NCBI RefSeq assembly: GCF_002113885.1
Contig: NW_018408491.1
Span: forward strand, 190,061 to 254,060
Length of the DNA: 64,000 bases
Source of the DNA: Mizuhopecten yessoensis
Lineage: Eukaryota
Direction: 5' to 3'
The position numbers and the translations under genes were made by a program. Within the stretch, counting starts at the first letter, position 1. The number at the start of each line of letters is the position of its first letter. Under the pieces are notes generated by a model. The model had not been told where the DNA came from. It was given only the letters and a program-made list of their open reading frames with translations, and searched no databases. Positions 63,584 through 64,000 of this stretch are shown in pieces.

Positions 63584-64000
63584 TTATTGCATTTTCAAAG
63601 ACCTGTACTGCTTAAAGGTTGCAAAATATTCCAAAAACGAAGTGAATCTAAAGAAAACTGACACAGGTAGTAAAACGCTATATGCCAAACTCAACACTCC
63701 CTTTGAAAACTGCTCTTGTTTCAATACTCGTGTACTTTGAAATTCCTCGAGGATAAATCTATCACTAATCCAGAAGATAAAGTTGCCCACGAAGATAAAA
63801 ATCAGTACTGAATCAAGCAGAGTAATCTGTGAGCGTGCGCAAGATTTTCTACATCGATTAGCGTGAAGTAGGAACACAACTTGAAGATAGTCCTGGAATA
63901 TTGATAATATGCTTGTGCACAGAAGACAACCAGAAAAGACATCTGAAGAGATGCTACCTGCAATGGCCTCACAAATGTGCAACATGATCATACAACATGC
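63584..64000 (-). CDS. Otopetrin-family protein, copy E, C-terminal part (5' end beyond the window)
   Basis: The frame is open to the window edge. SIFQDYLQVVFLLHANRC, NFIFWISD and LPVSVFFRFTSFLEY match copies A-C. Confidence 0.88.
   Translation of the reverse strand, partial: ACCMIMLHICEAIAGSISSDVFSGCLLCTSILSIFQDYLQVVFLLHANRCRKSCARSQITLLDSVLIFIFVGNFIFWISDRFILEEFQSTRVLKQEQFSKGVLSLAYSVLLPVSVFFRFTSFLEYFATFKQYRSLKMQ

Overview
AT-rich eukaryotic (animal) genomic DNA. The repeat repertoire (Meta/CORE/V-type tRNA-SINEs, Helentron-type elements with ~145-bp internal satellites) points to a bivalve mollusc; this is an inference. The main content is an array of at least five divergent otopetrin (OTOP) proton-channel-like genes: 2274-3917 +, 11308-12963 +, 19286-20839 -, 30104-31720 +, and a partial copy at 63584->64000 -. 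The four complete copies each have an intronless CDS preceded by a single 5'-UTR intron, and all five show substitutions at motifs normally conserved in otopetrins. Between the 4th and 5th copies lie an unrecognised secreted Gly/Pro/Tyr/Asn-rich protein gene (34682-35764 -, two coding exons, one missed by the ORF track), a complete 3-exon vitamin K epoxide reductase (VKORC1-like, 40888-47742 +) and a complete 4-exon theta-class GST (56856-61768 -). A ~1-kb orphan duplicate of the 4th otopetrin's promoter and first exon sits at 15857-16861. The rest is SINEs, two Helentron/HINE elements, a decayed CR1/L2-type LINE, MITEs and several minisatellites. All alignments were done by eye and no searches were run.
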